Shown one piece after another: positions 10,653 to 20,249 of a DNA stretch of 32,000 bases (position 1 is its first letter; the number at the start of each line of letters is the position of its first letter). The notes under the pieces were generated by a model that saw only the letters and a program-made list of their open reading frames with translations, did not search any database and was not told the origin of the DNA. The stretch is from Raphidiopsis brookii D9 (GTDB taxonomy: Bacteria > Cyanobacteriota > Cyanobacteriia > Cyanobacteriales > Nostocaceae): positions 30,178-62,177 of the forward strand of contig ACYB01000005.1 in assembly GCA_000175855.1 (NCBI GenBank). The letters run 5' to 3'. The translations under genes and the position numbers were made by a program.

Positions 10653-11042
10653 CTAAAAACAATTAAATCGTTGATCTGGATCAACAGCGTAGGTTGCATC
10701 ACTGGTTTGTTTGGCACATAAAAGGGTTTGAATCCATTCATCATCTCGACCAACTTGACGAAAATAGTCTTTGGATAACTTTTGTGATTTTATAGGAATT
10801 TTTTGGGCAAATAAATCCAGTGGTTGAGATAAAAGTCCCACATCATAATGCCATTGTCGTCTAGGTGGAAGATGCCCAGAACTTCTACCAAAATTCACGG
10901 CAATTTTGTATTGAAAATCCTGGGGTTGACTGTTAATAGATGTGCTATAGGTTCCCGTGGCATAGTTACTCCTTTTCATTTGAATAAATGCACCATTGAT
11001 TGTCAGATCTATAGGGGTAGTATTAGGGCTCCAATTTTCCAA
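10653..11042 (-). CDS. hpsA: C-terminal portion of HpsA in a shifted frame (frameshifted hpsA)
   Basis: 129-aa ORF ENWSPNTTPIDLTINGAFIQMKRSNYATGTY...PPRRQWHYDVGLLSQPLDLFAQKI. Reading upstream in this frame gives LPNLLRLLENWSP, which continues the NGG... end of the large HpsA ORF. Confidence 0.8.
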   Translation of the reverse strand: MENWSPNTTPIDLTINGAFIQMKRSNYATGTYSTSINSQPQDFQYKIAVNFGRSSGHLPPRRQWHYDVGLLSQPLDLFAQKIPIKSQKLSKDYFRQVGRDDEWIQTLLCAKQTSDATYAVDPDQRFNCF

Positions 11043-14000
11043 TAAGCGGAGTAAGTTGGGTAACCCCCATTATCTTCCATTGGACGAGCTGGATTGTCTC
11101 CCGTAGCAGCAATAAAATTCACAGTAGTTGGGGTTGCTATCTGTAACCAATGACTATGTGAACCATTGGTAATGCTGTTAGTGTTATGGGGGTCAGTTAG
11201 GGTGGCAAAGGGTTGATTAATTTGTAAAACTGGTTGCCAAAAACCATTGAAATCAGGTGTTAACCAGGGAATGAGAAATCCTTGATTATTTTCATTGACA
11301 GCTAATCTTGGTAAGGTGTTACCTGAAAAAGCAAAAGTTTTAATTATCTGATTATTATCCACTCCATAAACAGTTAGGGGTTGAAGTAATTTACCTGTTG
11401 CCAGATTTCTTTTGAAAGCAATTCTTTTAGGCAAGTTTATGGCTTCCCAACCATTAGATGGTGGATGATTATAACCAAGACTTCCAGTTTTAATGGCAGT
11501 TATTGGTAGACCCTCTATATTACCTTCTGGTTGTGCATTGTATTCACTTCTAGAAAATCTACTAATTACCCATTGTGTTGGGTCATTGTTACATATATCA
11601 GTATTAGACACTAGACAAACCTCTAACAGAAATTCTCTAGCTGGTATTTGTTTAACTATGGGTGTGACAAAGTTGTGAAAATAGGAACTACCTTGTGTAC
11701 CGTTAGTTGTGGGATCCAGATCGATATTTGGTATACCATTGATATCATAATTTCGGGTTACTGTGGGAGCATAAGTGTTATATTCAAAGTTGGGAGGACG
11801 ATTATTTAGGGATGCAGTATGGCCAATATAATTATTCCAATCATAGTCTCCTTCATTGCGAAACCCAAATCTAAAGTTCTGAGAAAGTAAGGTAATGGAA
11901 TCTGCTAATATGGCAGCATTTCGCCACTCATCACCTACAGTACAAATAGATGGTCCAGAATCACTAGGAATTAGTTTAGGATCGCCAGGACGACAAGCAA
12001 ATTGACGGTTTACCTGACTACGATTGTAAAAATTACTCCAATCAGCTGCTAAGGTACTGGTAAATTCTTCTTGGGTATGTCTATTGAAATCACCTTTAAT
12101 ATAAACCGGTAAGTTAGAAGCTAAAATCAAACCCTTTTCCTGTCTTATAAATGTATTACTTGATCCACGGAAAAGTTTAGTTGGTGAACCATCACTAGTG
12201 GTAATTAGAATCCCATTAGGACGACGAGTAGGATCAAGTTTATAATCCAGAGAACTTTCTGATTTAGCAGATATTCCTCCACTGCTATCTGGTAGAGCAT
12301 CATCCCGAGTCGCATAAATAATTCCACTATTGGGTAATAAATACTCATCGGTTGATATTCTGGTTGTGCGTAGCTGATTTAAGTCTATGACTGTAGCACG
12401 AATTTCTAACGGTTGTCTATCTCTCAGAGGTAAATCGTAGGGTAAATTACTATCCATTTGTACCCGGTTTGAGGTTTGATTAGCTCTGATTTCTCTGGAA
12501 TCTAAAAAAGCTATTTCCTTAATTGCACCATGGGGAATGGGAGGGTTACTCAGAGGACTTATACTACCATCCATAATTTGTAAAGCACATAAGGCAGTAT
12601 CTATGGCAGACTTTTCTGATAAGGAATAGTTGTTTTTTGCTAAAGCATTTCTCAAAGGTTCATTTACCCAACGTCCATTAGGATATTGCAACTCGGCTTG
12701 ATATCTGAGTAAATTTGCATAAGCATTAACATTTCTAGTGGGAGGTGGATAAACAATACCATTGTTTGATAATCCCTGGGGAGATTTTTCTATTCCTCCT
12801 GCATTGGGTAAGCTCATCATATTTGTTGCTGTGCTGCTATTTGTAGGAAGATAAAAACTACTAATGCAAGCTATGGGGGTGGGGTTAGTCTGGTTATAGT
12901 TAGTAGATTTATAGTGGTAAACCACCGTAGCTCGCATTTTTAAATAGGGGGTTGTAATGTCTGTTTCAGAAAGTTTAGGTAGGGTAAATTTTAAGGATGA
13001 ATCATACATCCAGTAGGGATCAATGGTTGTATTTGGGTATTCTTGAGATGTTTGTGGTATGGGTAAGATATCGGACCAAATTTTTGTTGAAACATCTACA
13101 AAGTTCGTGCTAGAAGCAGTATGATTTCTGGGTAAATATATTCCAGAACCAGTAACCACACGCAAACCACCAATGAAATTTTCCTGTTGTGGATTTTGGG
13201 GTACTTGTGCTGCTGCATATTCCCAATCTCCATCCCTTTCTATTGCAGCTAAATCAGCTAAGTTATGCAGGGTGGTATAACGAGTTCTTGGTTGATTACT
13301 TAGATCCCAATTAATATCTTTGAGGTTTTGAGTGTGGTTAATATCGGTGGTAAAAAAGCGATTTTGTGGATAGTTCCACCACATTTGGGGTAGATTGTGA
13401 CCAACTATAACCCGGTCTCCTAAATACTGCTCTACTCCCCCTAGTTGTTTTTGCAGTTGCTCCATGGGTTCTGTTGCACTAGGTTTGAGTAAATTACCAC
13501 CAATATTCCCACTAATATTTAATGATAATTCACTATGATTAGTTCCTGTAATTCCATCACTAGCAAATGGATAAATCCATCGATCTATGGGACGCAGGGT
13601 ATCACCAGTACCTTGTAAGGGATTATGGATCTTATTTACATCGCTCTGTTCACTGCCAAAAGGTACTTCTTGAAAAGGCACACGGCGGGTGCGTTTTTGA
13701 AAATAGAGTTCTAATTCTTTACGGCGAATTTGGTCATACTGATCGTTTGTATATGCTGTTCCTAATTGCCTTTGTTTTTTGGTGATTCCCTGTTTTACTT
13801 CTTGGGGGTCGGTGGTCAAAGAATTGGCTAGTTGGGTATCTACTAACTTATTAATTCTTTTTACATAAGCCAGACTGTTATAGGCTATGCTTCGTGGTGA
13901 ATTAGTAACTGATTTATGGTCTCTAATTCTGGGGTTGTATCCCGCAACTGTTTCTGGATTTATGCCTTTATCCTTAAATAAATCTATGGTGGTTGCTATG

Positions 14001-15034
14001 GATAAATCTGTATTATCTGTAAATCCACCCGCTGCTAAATTCCCACCTACGATAATTTTGGAGTTTTCTGGTTCGTAAAAGCAAGAACTCTGACTACTAA
14101 TTTGATAGAGTCTAATTGAGCGGGAAGCTGAACCAGTTAACAAGTTACTATTGGTAAAAATTCTGCCATTAATTCTGAAGTCTTCATTGCCAGTAATTTG
14201 TAAGTCATCTTCATAAACAATGGCGTTGTTACTAGATGGAAGTTGGATTCTCTCTTGCTTATATTCTAGAGCATAAAATGCTTTATTTTCTGAGGATATT
14301 TCATAGTTAATTTGATTTTGTGTGGGTATGGTCATCTGGCTAGTAATGGGAACTGTAACAGTATAAACAAAAAAGGCTTTTCTCATTTGTCTACCGATTA
14401 TTAACCACCCGTTTGTATCTACTAAATTACCACTTATTGAATTGAAATCCTGACATCGAGAATTAAAATCGATTGGATTTATAGGTAAAGATCTAGCTTC
14501 TAAAGTGTTTCTAGCTCGTATGTATTGCTGATTGCTTTGAGGAGGATTTTTAAAATAAATGCCATAAAGAGTGTAACTGTCAAATTTACCATTGTTATTA
14601 GTGTCTACGGGAAATTTCCAGGCGGTTTTTAAGGGTTCGTAGTTTTGCAAGTTCAGGGTCAGATTAGTCTCATCACCAAAGGTATATTCGTCTAGGTGAT
14701 TCACTAGGTTATTATATAAGTCTTGATCTGAAGGTAAAAATTGGGTAATTCTAGGATCTGCCAACATTTGGTTAATCTTGGCTCTTCCCCTATCTATTGC
14801 GGGAGTCGCTGCATTGATTACTGTTTGATTAATCCTGGTATTATGAGCATGTTTAGCTCTTTCAAAGGAGCGAAATATAATTGCCATTGTTAGTAACATT
14901 AGGACCAGGATAACCATGGTTGTTGTGGGCAATACAAATCCTTGGTTTTTTAAGGTTTGTCTCCTTTGATATTTCAAAATAATTTTTAAAAACCATTTTA
15001 TAAAGCTTTTTATAGCTCTTGCTAAAATAGACAC
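11009..15034 (-). CDS. hpsA: hormogonium polysaccharide biosynthesis protein HpsA (main ORF; C-terminus appears frameshifted)
   Basis: 1341-aa ORF beginning ...KYQRRQTLKNQGFVLPTTTMVILVLMLLTMAIIFRSFERAKHAHNTRINQTVINAATPAIDRGRAKINQML, a HpsA-type N-terminus. Very large extracytoplasmic region. Co-oriented with pseudopilins. Confidence 0.87.
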   Translation of the reverse strand: MSILARAIKSFIKWFLKIILKYQRRQTLKNQGFVLPTTTMVILVLMLLTMAIIFRSFERAKHAHNTRINQTVINAATPAIDRGRAKINQMLADPRITQFLPSDQDLYNNLVNHLDEYTFGDETNLTLNLQNYEPLKTAWKFPVDTNNNGKFDSYTLYGIYFKNPPQSNQQYIRARNTLEARSLPINPIDFNSRCQDFNSISGNLVDTNGWLIIGRQMRKAFFVYTVTVPITSQMTIPTQNQINYEISSENKAFYALEYKQERIQLPSSNNAIVYEDDLQITGNEDFRINGRIFTNSNLLTGSASRSIRLYQISSQSSCFYEPENSKIIVGGNLAAGGFTDNTDLSIATTIDLFKDKGINPETVAGYNPRIRDHKSVTNSPRSIAYNSLAYVKRINKLVDTQLANSLTTDPQEVKQGITKKQRQLGTAYTNDQYDQIRRKELELYFQKRTRRVPFQEVPFGSEQSDVNKIHNPLQGTGDTLRPIDRWIYPFASDGITGTNHSELSLNISGNIGGNLLKPSATEPMEQLQKQLGGVEQYLGDRVIVGHNLPQMWWNYPQNRFFTTDINHTQNLKDINWDLSNQPRTRYTTLHNLADLAAIERDGDWEYAAAQVPQNPQQENFIGGLRVVTGSGIYLPRNHTASSTNFVDVSTKIWSDILPIPQTSQEYPNTTIDPYWMYDSSLKFTLPKLSETDITTPYLKMRATVVYHYKSTNYNQTNPTPIACISSFYLPTNSSTATNMMSLPNAGGIEKSPQGLSNNGIVYPPPTRNVNAYANLLRYQAELQYPNGRWVNEPLRNALAKNNYSLSEKSAIDTALCALQIMDGSISPLSNPPIPHGAIKEIAFLDSREIRANQTSNRVQMDSNLPYDLPLRDRQPLEIRATVIDLNQLRTTRISTDEYLLPNSGIIYATRDDALPDSSGGISAKSESSLDYKLDPTRRPNGILITTSDGSPTKLFRGSSNTFIRQEKGLILASNLPVYIKGDFNRHTQEEFTSTLAADWSNFYNRSQVNRQFACRPGDPKLIPSDSGPSICTVGDEWRNAAILADSITLLSQNFRFGFRNEGDYDWNNYIGHTASLNNRPPNFEYNTYAPTVTRNYDINGIPNIDLDPTTNGTQGSSYFHNFVTPIVKQIPAREFLLEVCLVSNTDICNNDPTQWVISRFSRSEYNAQPEGNIEGLPITAIKTGSLGYNHPPSNGWEAINLPKRIAFKRNLATGKLLQPLTVYGVDNNQIIKTFAFSGNTLPRLAVNENNQGFLIPWLTPDFNGFWQPVLQINQPFATLTDPHNTNSITNGSHSHWLQIATPTTVNFIAATGDNPARPMEDNGGYPTYSAYWKIGALILPL

Positions 15035-15333
15035 AACTTGAGCGATCGCCTTAGCAGATTTTTTTAGTGATGATCCGGTAAGAATGACACTTTTTAGCCA
15101 TAACTATGAGTCCCCCTCCATAAGCCCATGACTTTTGAGTAATTGGGTTAGTTGGATAAACTTAATATATCCAACATATCTAATATAGATTGTTATCTCT
15201 TGGCGGGGATTTTATGTACAGTATTTACACTGTTTTTTAAAAAAAAGGACTGAATATTGAAAATTGGGAATTCACTGAAGGAATCTTGGGTATGATAGAT
15301 TTTTGTCAGCAATCCCCTAATTAAAATCCCCTA

Positions 15334-17868
15334 ATGAAAAACCATAAGATCAAAAACATCAAACTCCCCGAACTCCTAGCACCTGCGGGTAACTGGGAAT
15401 GTGCAAAAGCAGCAGTAGAAAATGGTGCGGATGCAATTTATTTTGGTTTAGACAAATTTAACGCCAGAATGCGATCGCACAATTTTACTATTAGTGACTT
15501 ACCGGAATTAATAGAATTTTTACACTTACGGGGAGTGAAGGGATACGTTACCTTAAACACCCTAGTTTTCACTTCAGAACTCCAGGAAGTGGAGCAATAC
15601 CTCAAAACCATGATTACCGCTGGTGTGGATGCTGTGATTGTTCAGGATGTGGGTATTTGTCGTCTGATTCGTCATCTTTCTAGTGATTTTCCTATTCATG
15701 GGTCAACCCAAATGACTATTACCAGTGCTGCTGGGGTGGATTTTGCTAAATCTCTGGGATGTCAATTAGTTGTTTTAGCGCGAGAGTGTTCAATTAGTGA
15801 GATTAATAAAATTCAACAACAAATATTAGAGAAAAACATCCCCTTACCTTTAGAGATATTTGTACATGGTGCATTGTGTGTTGCTTATTCTGGACAATGT
15901 TTAACCAGTGAAGCGTTGGGGGGACGCTCCGCAAACAGAGGAGAATGTGCTCAAGCTTGTAGAATGCCTTATGATTTAATAGCAGATGAGAAAATTGTTG
16001 ACCTAGGTAATCGCAAATATTTACTCAGTCCTCAGGATCTTTCTGGAATAGAGGTATTACCGGAGCTAGTAAACTGTGGAGTAACATGTTTAAAAATTGA
16101 AGGTAGATTAAAAACACCTGAATACGTTGCTAACGTTACTCAGGTTTATCGACAAGCATTAGATAAAATTGCCAAATTATGTGATATTCATGTAACTGCT
16201 ACATCTCAATATATTACAGATAACCACGATTATAAAAGTTATAACAAGTATCCCTTAGAGATGGCTTTTTCCCGTGGACTTTATACGGGATGGTTGAAAG
16301 GTATTAATAATCAAGAATTGGTACATGCAAATTTTGGCAAAAAACGCGGGGTTTATGTGGGAGAGGTAACGCGCATTAAAAATGAACAAATAACTTTAAA
16401 AATAGTTGCACCTATTAAAGCTGGTGATGGAGTGGTATTTGACTGTGCACATCCGGAATTACCAGAAGAAGGAGGGAGGGTATACACAGTCACACAAAAA
16501 GGAAAAAAAGAAGTAGTGTTAACTTTTGGTAGGGATGCTATCAATCCCAGCAAGATTCATATAGGTGATAAGATTTGGAAAACCAGTGACCCAGAATTAG
16601 ATAAAGCAATTCGTCAAACCTACACAGGAGAAAATGCCAATTTTACCCAACCAATTCATCTAGAATTATTTGGGGAAACAGGAGAAAAATTAATAGCTAT
16701 AGTTGGGGATGAAATTGGTAATATTGTCAAAGTAGAATCAGAAATGCTGCTAGTTGAGGCTCATACTAAACCCTTAACTACAGAAAAATTGCAAGAACAA
16801 TTTGGACGTTTGGGGAATACACCATTTCATTTAGGAACTTTGAAAAACAAAATTATGGGTAATGCGATTTTACCGGTTAGTCAGTTGAATAAAATGCGTC
16901 GAGAACTGGTGACAAGATTGCAAATTCTTAGAAGTAAACCCCAAGTTTGGCAGATAAATCATGATCATCAATGGCAAGATATGCTCAAGATTGTCACAGA
17001 TGATAAGAGTGTAACTAATTCAGGTGTTTCTTTGATAATACTAGTCAGGAGCATGAAACAACTCATGGCTGTGTTAGATTCAAATATTGAAACAATATAT
17101 TGTGAATTTGAAGATCCTCGTAAATATCAAGCCGCAGTAAAACTCTGTAGGGATACCCAAAAATCTTTTAACCTATATATTGCACCTCCTCGCATTACTA
17201 AACCAGGTGAAAATTGGATTTTGAAACAGCTAAAAGATTGTCAAGTAGATGGTTACTTAGTTAGGAACTATGACCACTTAGAATATTTTAGTGGTGCAAA
17301 GTGTATTGGTGATTTTTCTCTAAATATTGCTAATCCCTTAACTGCGGACTATTTTCAAAAACAGTTTAACCTGGAACGATTAACTGCTTCCTATGACTTG
17401 AATATTAATCAACTCATGGATTTAATTACCAGTTATACGCCAAGATTTTTAGAGGTAACCATACATCAACATATCCCCATGTTCCATATGGAACACTGTG
17501 TATTTTGTGCCTTTCTCTCCCAGGGAACAGATTACACAAATTGTGGTCGTCCCTGTGAAAAACAAGAACTAAAAATTCGTGATAGAGTAGGTAGCGAGCA
17601 TATAGTCAAAGCAGATACGGGATGCAGAAATACTGTATATAATGGCACTGCACAAACTGGAGCAGAATATATACAAAAACTAATTAGTGTGGGGTTGAAA
17701 AATTTCAGAATTGAATTTCTCCAGGAAACACCAGAACAGGTAACCCAAACCATCAATTATTATCAACAACTGATTCAAGGGGAAATCACCGGTTCACAAC
17801 TTTGGAAAACCTTAAAATTACAAAGTCAACTTGGTGTAACTCGTGGTGCATTAACCAATCACTATTGA
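15334..17868 (+). CDS. U32 family peptidase
   Basis: LLAPAGNWECAKAAVENGADAIYFGLDKFNARMRSHNF, FVHGALCVAYSGQC...LGGRSANRGECAQACRMPYDL, CLKIEGRLKTPEYVANVTQVYRQALD, and C-terminal MEHCVFCAFLSQGTDYTNCGRPCE. Confidence 0.93.
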   Translation: MKNHKIKNIKLPELLAPAGNWECAKAAVENGADAIYFGLDKFNARMRSHNFTISDLPELIEFLHLRGVKGYVTLNTLVFTSELQEVEQYLKTMITAGVDAVIVQDVGICRLIRHLSSDFPIHGSTQMTITSAAGVDFAKSLGCQLVVLARECSISEINKIQQQILEKNIPLPLEIFVHGALCVAYSGQCLTSEALGGRSANRGECAQACRMPYDLIADEKIVDLGNRKYLLSPQDLSGIEVLPELVNCGVTCLKIEGRLKTPEYVANVTQVYRQALDKIAKLCDIHVTATSQYITDNHDYKSYNKYPLEMAFSRGLYTGWLKGINNQELVHANFGKKRGVYVGEVTRIKNEQITLKIVAPIKAGDGVVFDCAHPELPEEGGRVYTVTQKGKKEVVLTFGRDAINPSKIHIGDKIWKTSDPELDKAIRQTYTGENANFTQPIHLELFGETGEKLIAIVGDEIGNIVKVESEMLLVEAHTKPLTTEKLQEQFGRLGNTPFHLGTLKNKIMGNAILPVSQLNKMRRELVTRLQILRSKPQVWQINHDHQWQDMLKIVTDDKSVTNSGVSLIILVRSMKQLMAVLDSNIETIYCEFEDPRKYQAAVKLCRDTQKSFNLYIAPPRITKPGENWILKQLKDCQVDGYLVRNYDHLEYFSGAKCIGDFSLNIANPLTADYFQKQFNLERLTASYDLNINQLMDLITSYTPRFLEVTIHQHIPMFHMEHCVFCAFLSQGTDYTNCGRPCEKQELKIRDRVGSEHIVKADTGCRNTVYNGTAQTGAEYIQKLISVGLKNFRIEFLQETPEQVTQTINYYQQLIQGEITGSQLWKTLKLQSQLGVTRGALTNHY

Positions 17869-17876
17869 ATTGAGTA

Positions 17877-19325
17877 TCAATAACCGAAAATACTGCCACT
17901 GCGTGGAGGAATATTGACCTCAATATTCTTCTCGCTCCAGAATACTTCCCCCTTACCATACAGCAACTTGCTTAATTTATTTGCCAACTTACTACTATCT
18001 ATACTAGCTTTAACTGATTCCTCACCTATATTGACAGCAATCATTAACTCCTGATTTTCCCAAGTTCTAACAAACACATATAATGTGGTGTCCGCATAAA
18101 TAACTTGATAATCTCCTATCCTTAAAGCTGGATATTGATGACGCAAGGAAATTAACTGTTTATGAGTTTTCAGGATTTCTAAGTTCCATTTATCAATTAT
18201 AGGAAACCCTCGACGACAATCGGGGTCTAACCCACCAGGTAAGCCAACTTCGTCTCCATAATATATACTGGGCGATCCAGGAAATGTCAATAGTAATAGG
18301 GTTGCCAATTCAACAGATGTAATATCACCACCAGCAATAGAAATTAATCTGGCTGTATCATGACTTGCCAGTAAATTTAGTTGGGTTAGTTGAATTTCCC
18401 ATGGGTACAGCTTTAATAGTTCCTGCATTTTCTCAGCATACTCAGCTGCAGATAAAGGTGGAAAAGCTTCATAATCACGTCTTTTTACCATTTCTAATTG
18501 CACGCGATCGCCTGCAGTAAAAGCAATAGTAGGACCAGTAAATAGATAATTCATTACGCCATCAAATTGGGTTCCATCTAACCACTGACGGGAATCTTTC
18601 CACACCTCTCCCACAATATAGGCATTGGGATTAATGGCTTTCACCCGTTCTCGGAATTCTTGCCAAAACCCAGGAGTTTCAATTTCATTAGGTACATCTA
18701 AACGCCATCCATCAATGCCAAATTTTATCCAATATTCGGCAATTTGCATAATATATTCCCGCACATCTGGATGATCATGATTAAATACTGGTAAAGAACG
18801 AATATCTGCCCAACTTTCATAATTTGCTGGTGCATCACCTGTATAGGGTGCAAGTGGCCAACCTTGGATCTTAAACCAGTCTACCCAGGGAGAATGGGGT
18901 CCATTCTCTAATATATCATGGAAGAAGAAAATCCCTCGACTTGCATGATTAAAAACTCCATCTAACACAATCTTGATATTGCGTTTATGCGCCTCGTTTA
19001 ACAACTCTCTAAAAGCTCCATTTCCCCCTAATAACGGATCCACTTGATAGTAGTCATGGGTATGATAACGGTGATTACTTGCAGACTGAAAAATAGGAGT
19101 AAAGTAAATAGCATTAACTCCCAAGTTTTCTATATGGTCTAATTTTTCTAAAACACCCCACAAATCTCCACCTTTATAACCTTGTAAAGTGGGGGGAGCA
19201 TCCCAATCTTCCCATTGGGGATTACTTAATAAACTAGGTTTAAATTGTTTACCTTTAGCAAATCTGTCAGGGAAGATCTGATAGAAAATGGCGTGCTTGA
19301 CCCAGTCCGGTGTGTGAATCTGCAT
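17877..19325 (-). CDS. GH13 alpha-amylase / neopullulanase-like glycosidase
   Basis: WVKHAIFYQIFPDRFA, GVNAIYFTPIFQSASNHRYHTHDYYQVDP, GWRLDVPNE, AYIVGEVW, NLLASHDTARL and YYGDEVGLPGGLDPDCRR contain the GH13 conserved regions and catalytic Asp/Glu/Asp. Confidence 0.92.
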   Translation of the reverse strand: MQIHTPDWVKHAIFYQIFPDRFAKGKQFKPSLLSNPQWEDWDAPPTLQGYKGGDLWGVLEKLDHIENLGVNAIYFTPIFQSASNHRYHTHDYYQVDPLLGGNGAFRELLNEAHKRNIKIVLDGVFNHASRGIFFFHDILENGPHSPWVDWFKIQGWPLAPYTGDAPANYESWADIRSLPVFNHDHPDVREYIMQIAEYWIKFGIDGWRLDVPNEIETPGFWQEFRERVKAINPNAYIVGEVWKDSRQWLDGTQFDGVMNYLFTGPTIAFTAGDRVQLEMVKRRDYEAFPPLSAAEYAEKMQELLKLYPWEIQLTQLNLLASHDTARLISIAGGDITSVELATLLLLTFPGSPSIYYGDEVGLPGGLDPDCRRGFPIIDKWNLEILKTHKQLISLRHQYPALRIGDYQVIYADTTLYVFVRTWENQELMIAVNIGEESVKASIDSSKLANKLSKLLYGKGEVFWSEKNIEVNIPPRSGSIFGY

Positions 19326-19498
19326 AAATCTAGGTAAAAAGTGAAGATTTTTGCCAGCATAACATATAACTTTAGACTGTTGCTCTTATGTTATTTTTTA
19401 TATTATCTTTAAGTGCAAAATTTTACAATGCCTATACATATAGCTTAGAAATAAATTAATGCATAAAAGTAAATAAAACTGAATTGAGGATAGTAAAA

Positions 19499-20113
19499 AT
19501 GTCTTACAGTGATTTTAAGTTAAGCCAAGTTGTTGACGACTTTGGATTGACAATTAATGAAAGGTCGGGACTGTTTGCAGAACATCCCCAGACAGAATGT
19601 AGTGATTTATTGAAGATCATTCTCAGCGAAAGTATTGATTTAGCAGTTGCAATTAATACAGAAAAAGCTCGTTCGGAAATGATCATTAGTCCAGTTTTAC
19701 TGGAAGTAAGGCGAAAATTAAATTATCAAATCAGCTTGTTTTCCGGAATTGATTTTAATGTTGATCCTCAACGAGGACTAAATGGGTTTTGTGATTTTCT
19801 CATCAGTCTTTCTCAAGAACAACTTTTTGTTCGTGCACCTGTGCTTACCCTAGTGGAGACTAAAAATGAAAATCTCAAATCTGGCTTAGGACAGTGTATA
19901 GCGGAAATGATAGCAGCTCAAGAGTTCAATAGACAAAAACAAAATCAGCAGATAAAGATTGTTTATGGTGTGGTGACAATTGGTACTATTTGGCAGTTTT
20001 TACAACTAGAAAATCAAGTGGTTTCTATTGATTTAAGCGAATACTATATCAAGGATGTAAACAAAATTCTAGGAATATTAATCAGTACAATTAATAATAT
20101 AACTAGAATATAA
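19499..20113 (+). CDS. conserved hypothetical protein with possible PD-(D/E)XK nuclease-like core
   Basis: Intact ORF (track start 19484; MSYSDFKL at 19499 preferred). Contains LNGFCDFLIS...APVLTLVETKNENLKSGLGQCIAEMIAAQEFNRQ, resembling D...(E)xK...Q. Confidence 0.62.
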   Translation: MSYSDFKLSQVVDDFGLTINERSGLFAEHPQTECSDLLKIILSESIDLAVAINTEKARSEMIISPVLLEVRRKLNYQISLFSGIDFNVDPQRGLNGFCDFLISLSQEQLFVRAPVLTLVETKNENLKSGLGQCIAEMIAAQEFNRQKQNQQIKIVYGVVTIGTIWQFLQLENQVVSIDLSEYYIKDVNKILGILISTINNITRI

Positions 20114-20249
20114 CTAGTTGATACATGTAAATATTAAATAAGGGATGTGAAAATTCTTGGCTAACATTCTTTGATCCCCCCCTCTTATCATTTGTAACCC
20201 ATAGTCCTAAACTAAAGATGAGAGTTGAAAGGTAGTCTGGAGAAATTTT

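Noticed and set aside
11055-11070. Programmed -1 ribosomal frameshifting in hpsA
   Set aside because: The local sequence U GGG GGU U does not fit the canonical X XXY YYZ slippery heptamer in frame and I saw no obvious downstream pseudoknot. A homopolymer indel is the simpler reading.
15915-15945. ggggggacgctccgcaaacagagga inside the U32 peptidase, suspected repeat insertion
   Set aside because: It encodes GGRSANRG, which is part of the conserved U32 signature, so it is native coding sequence.
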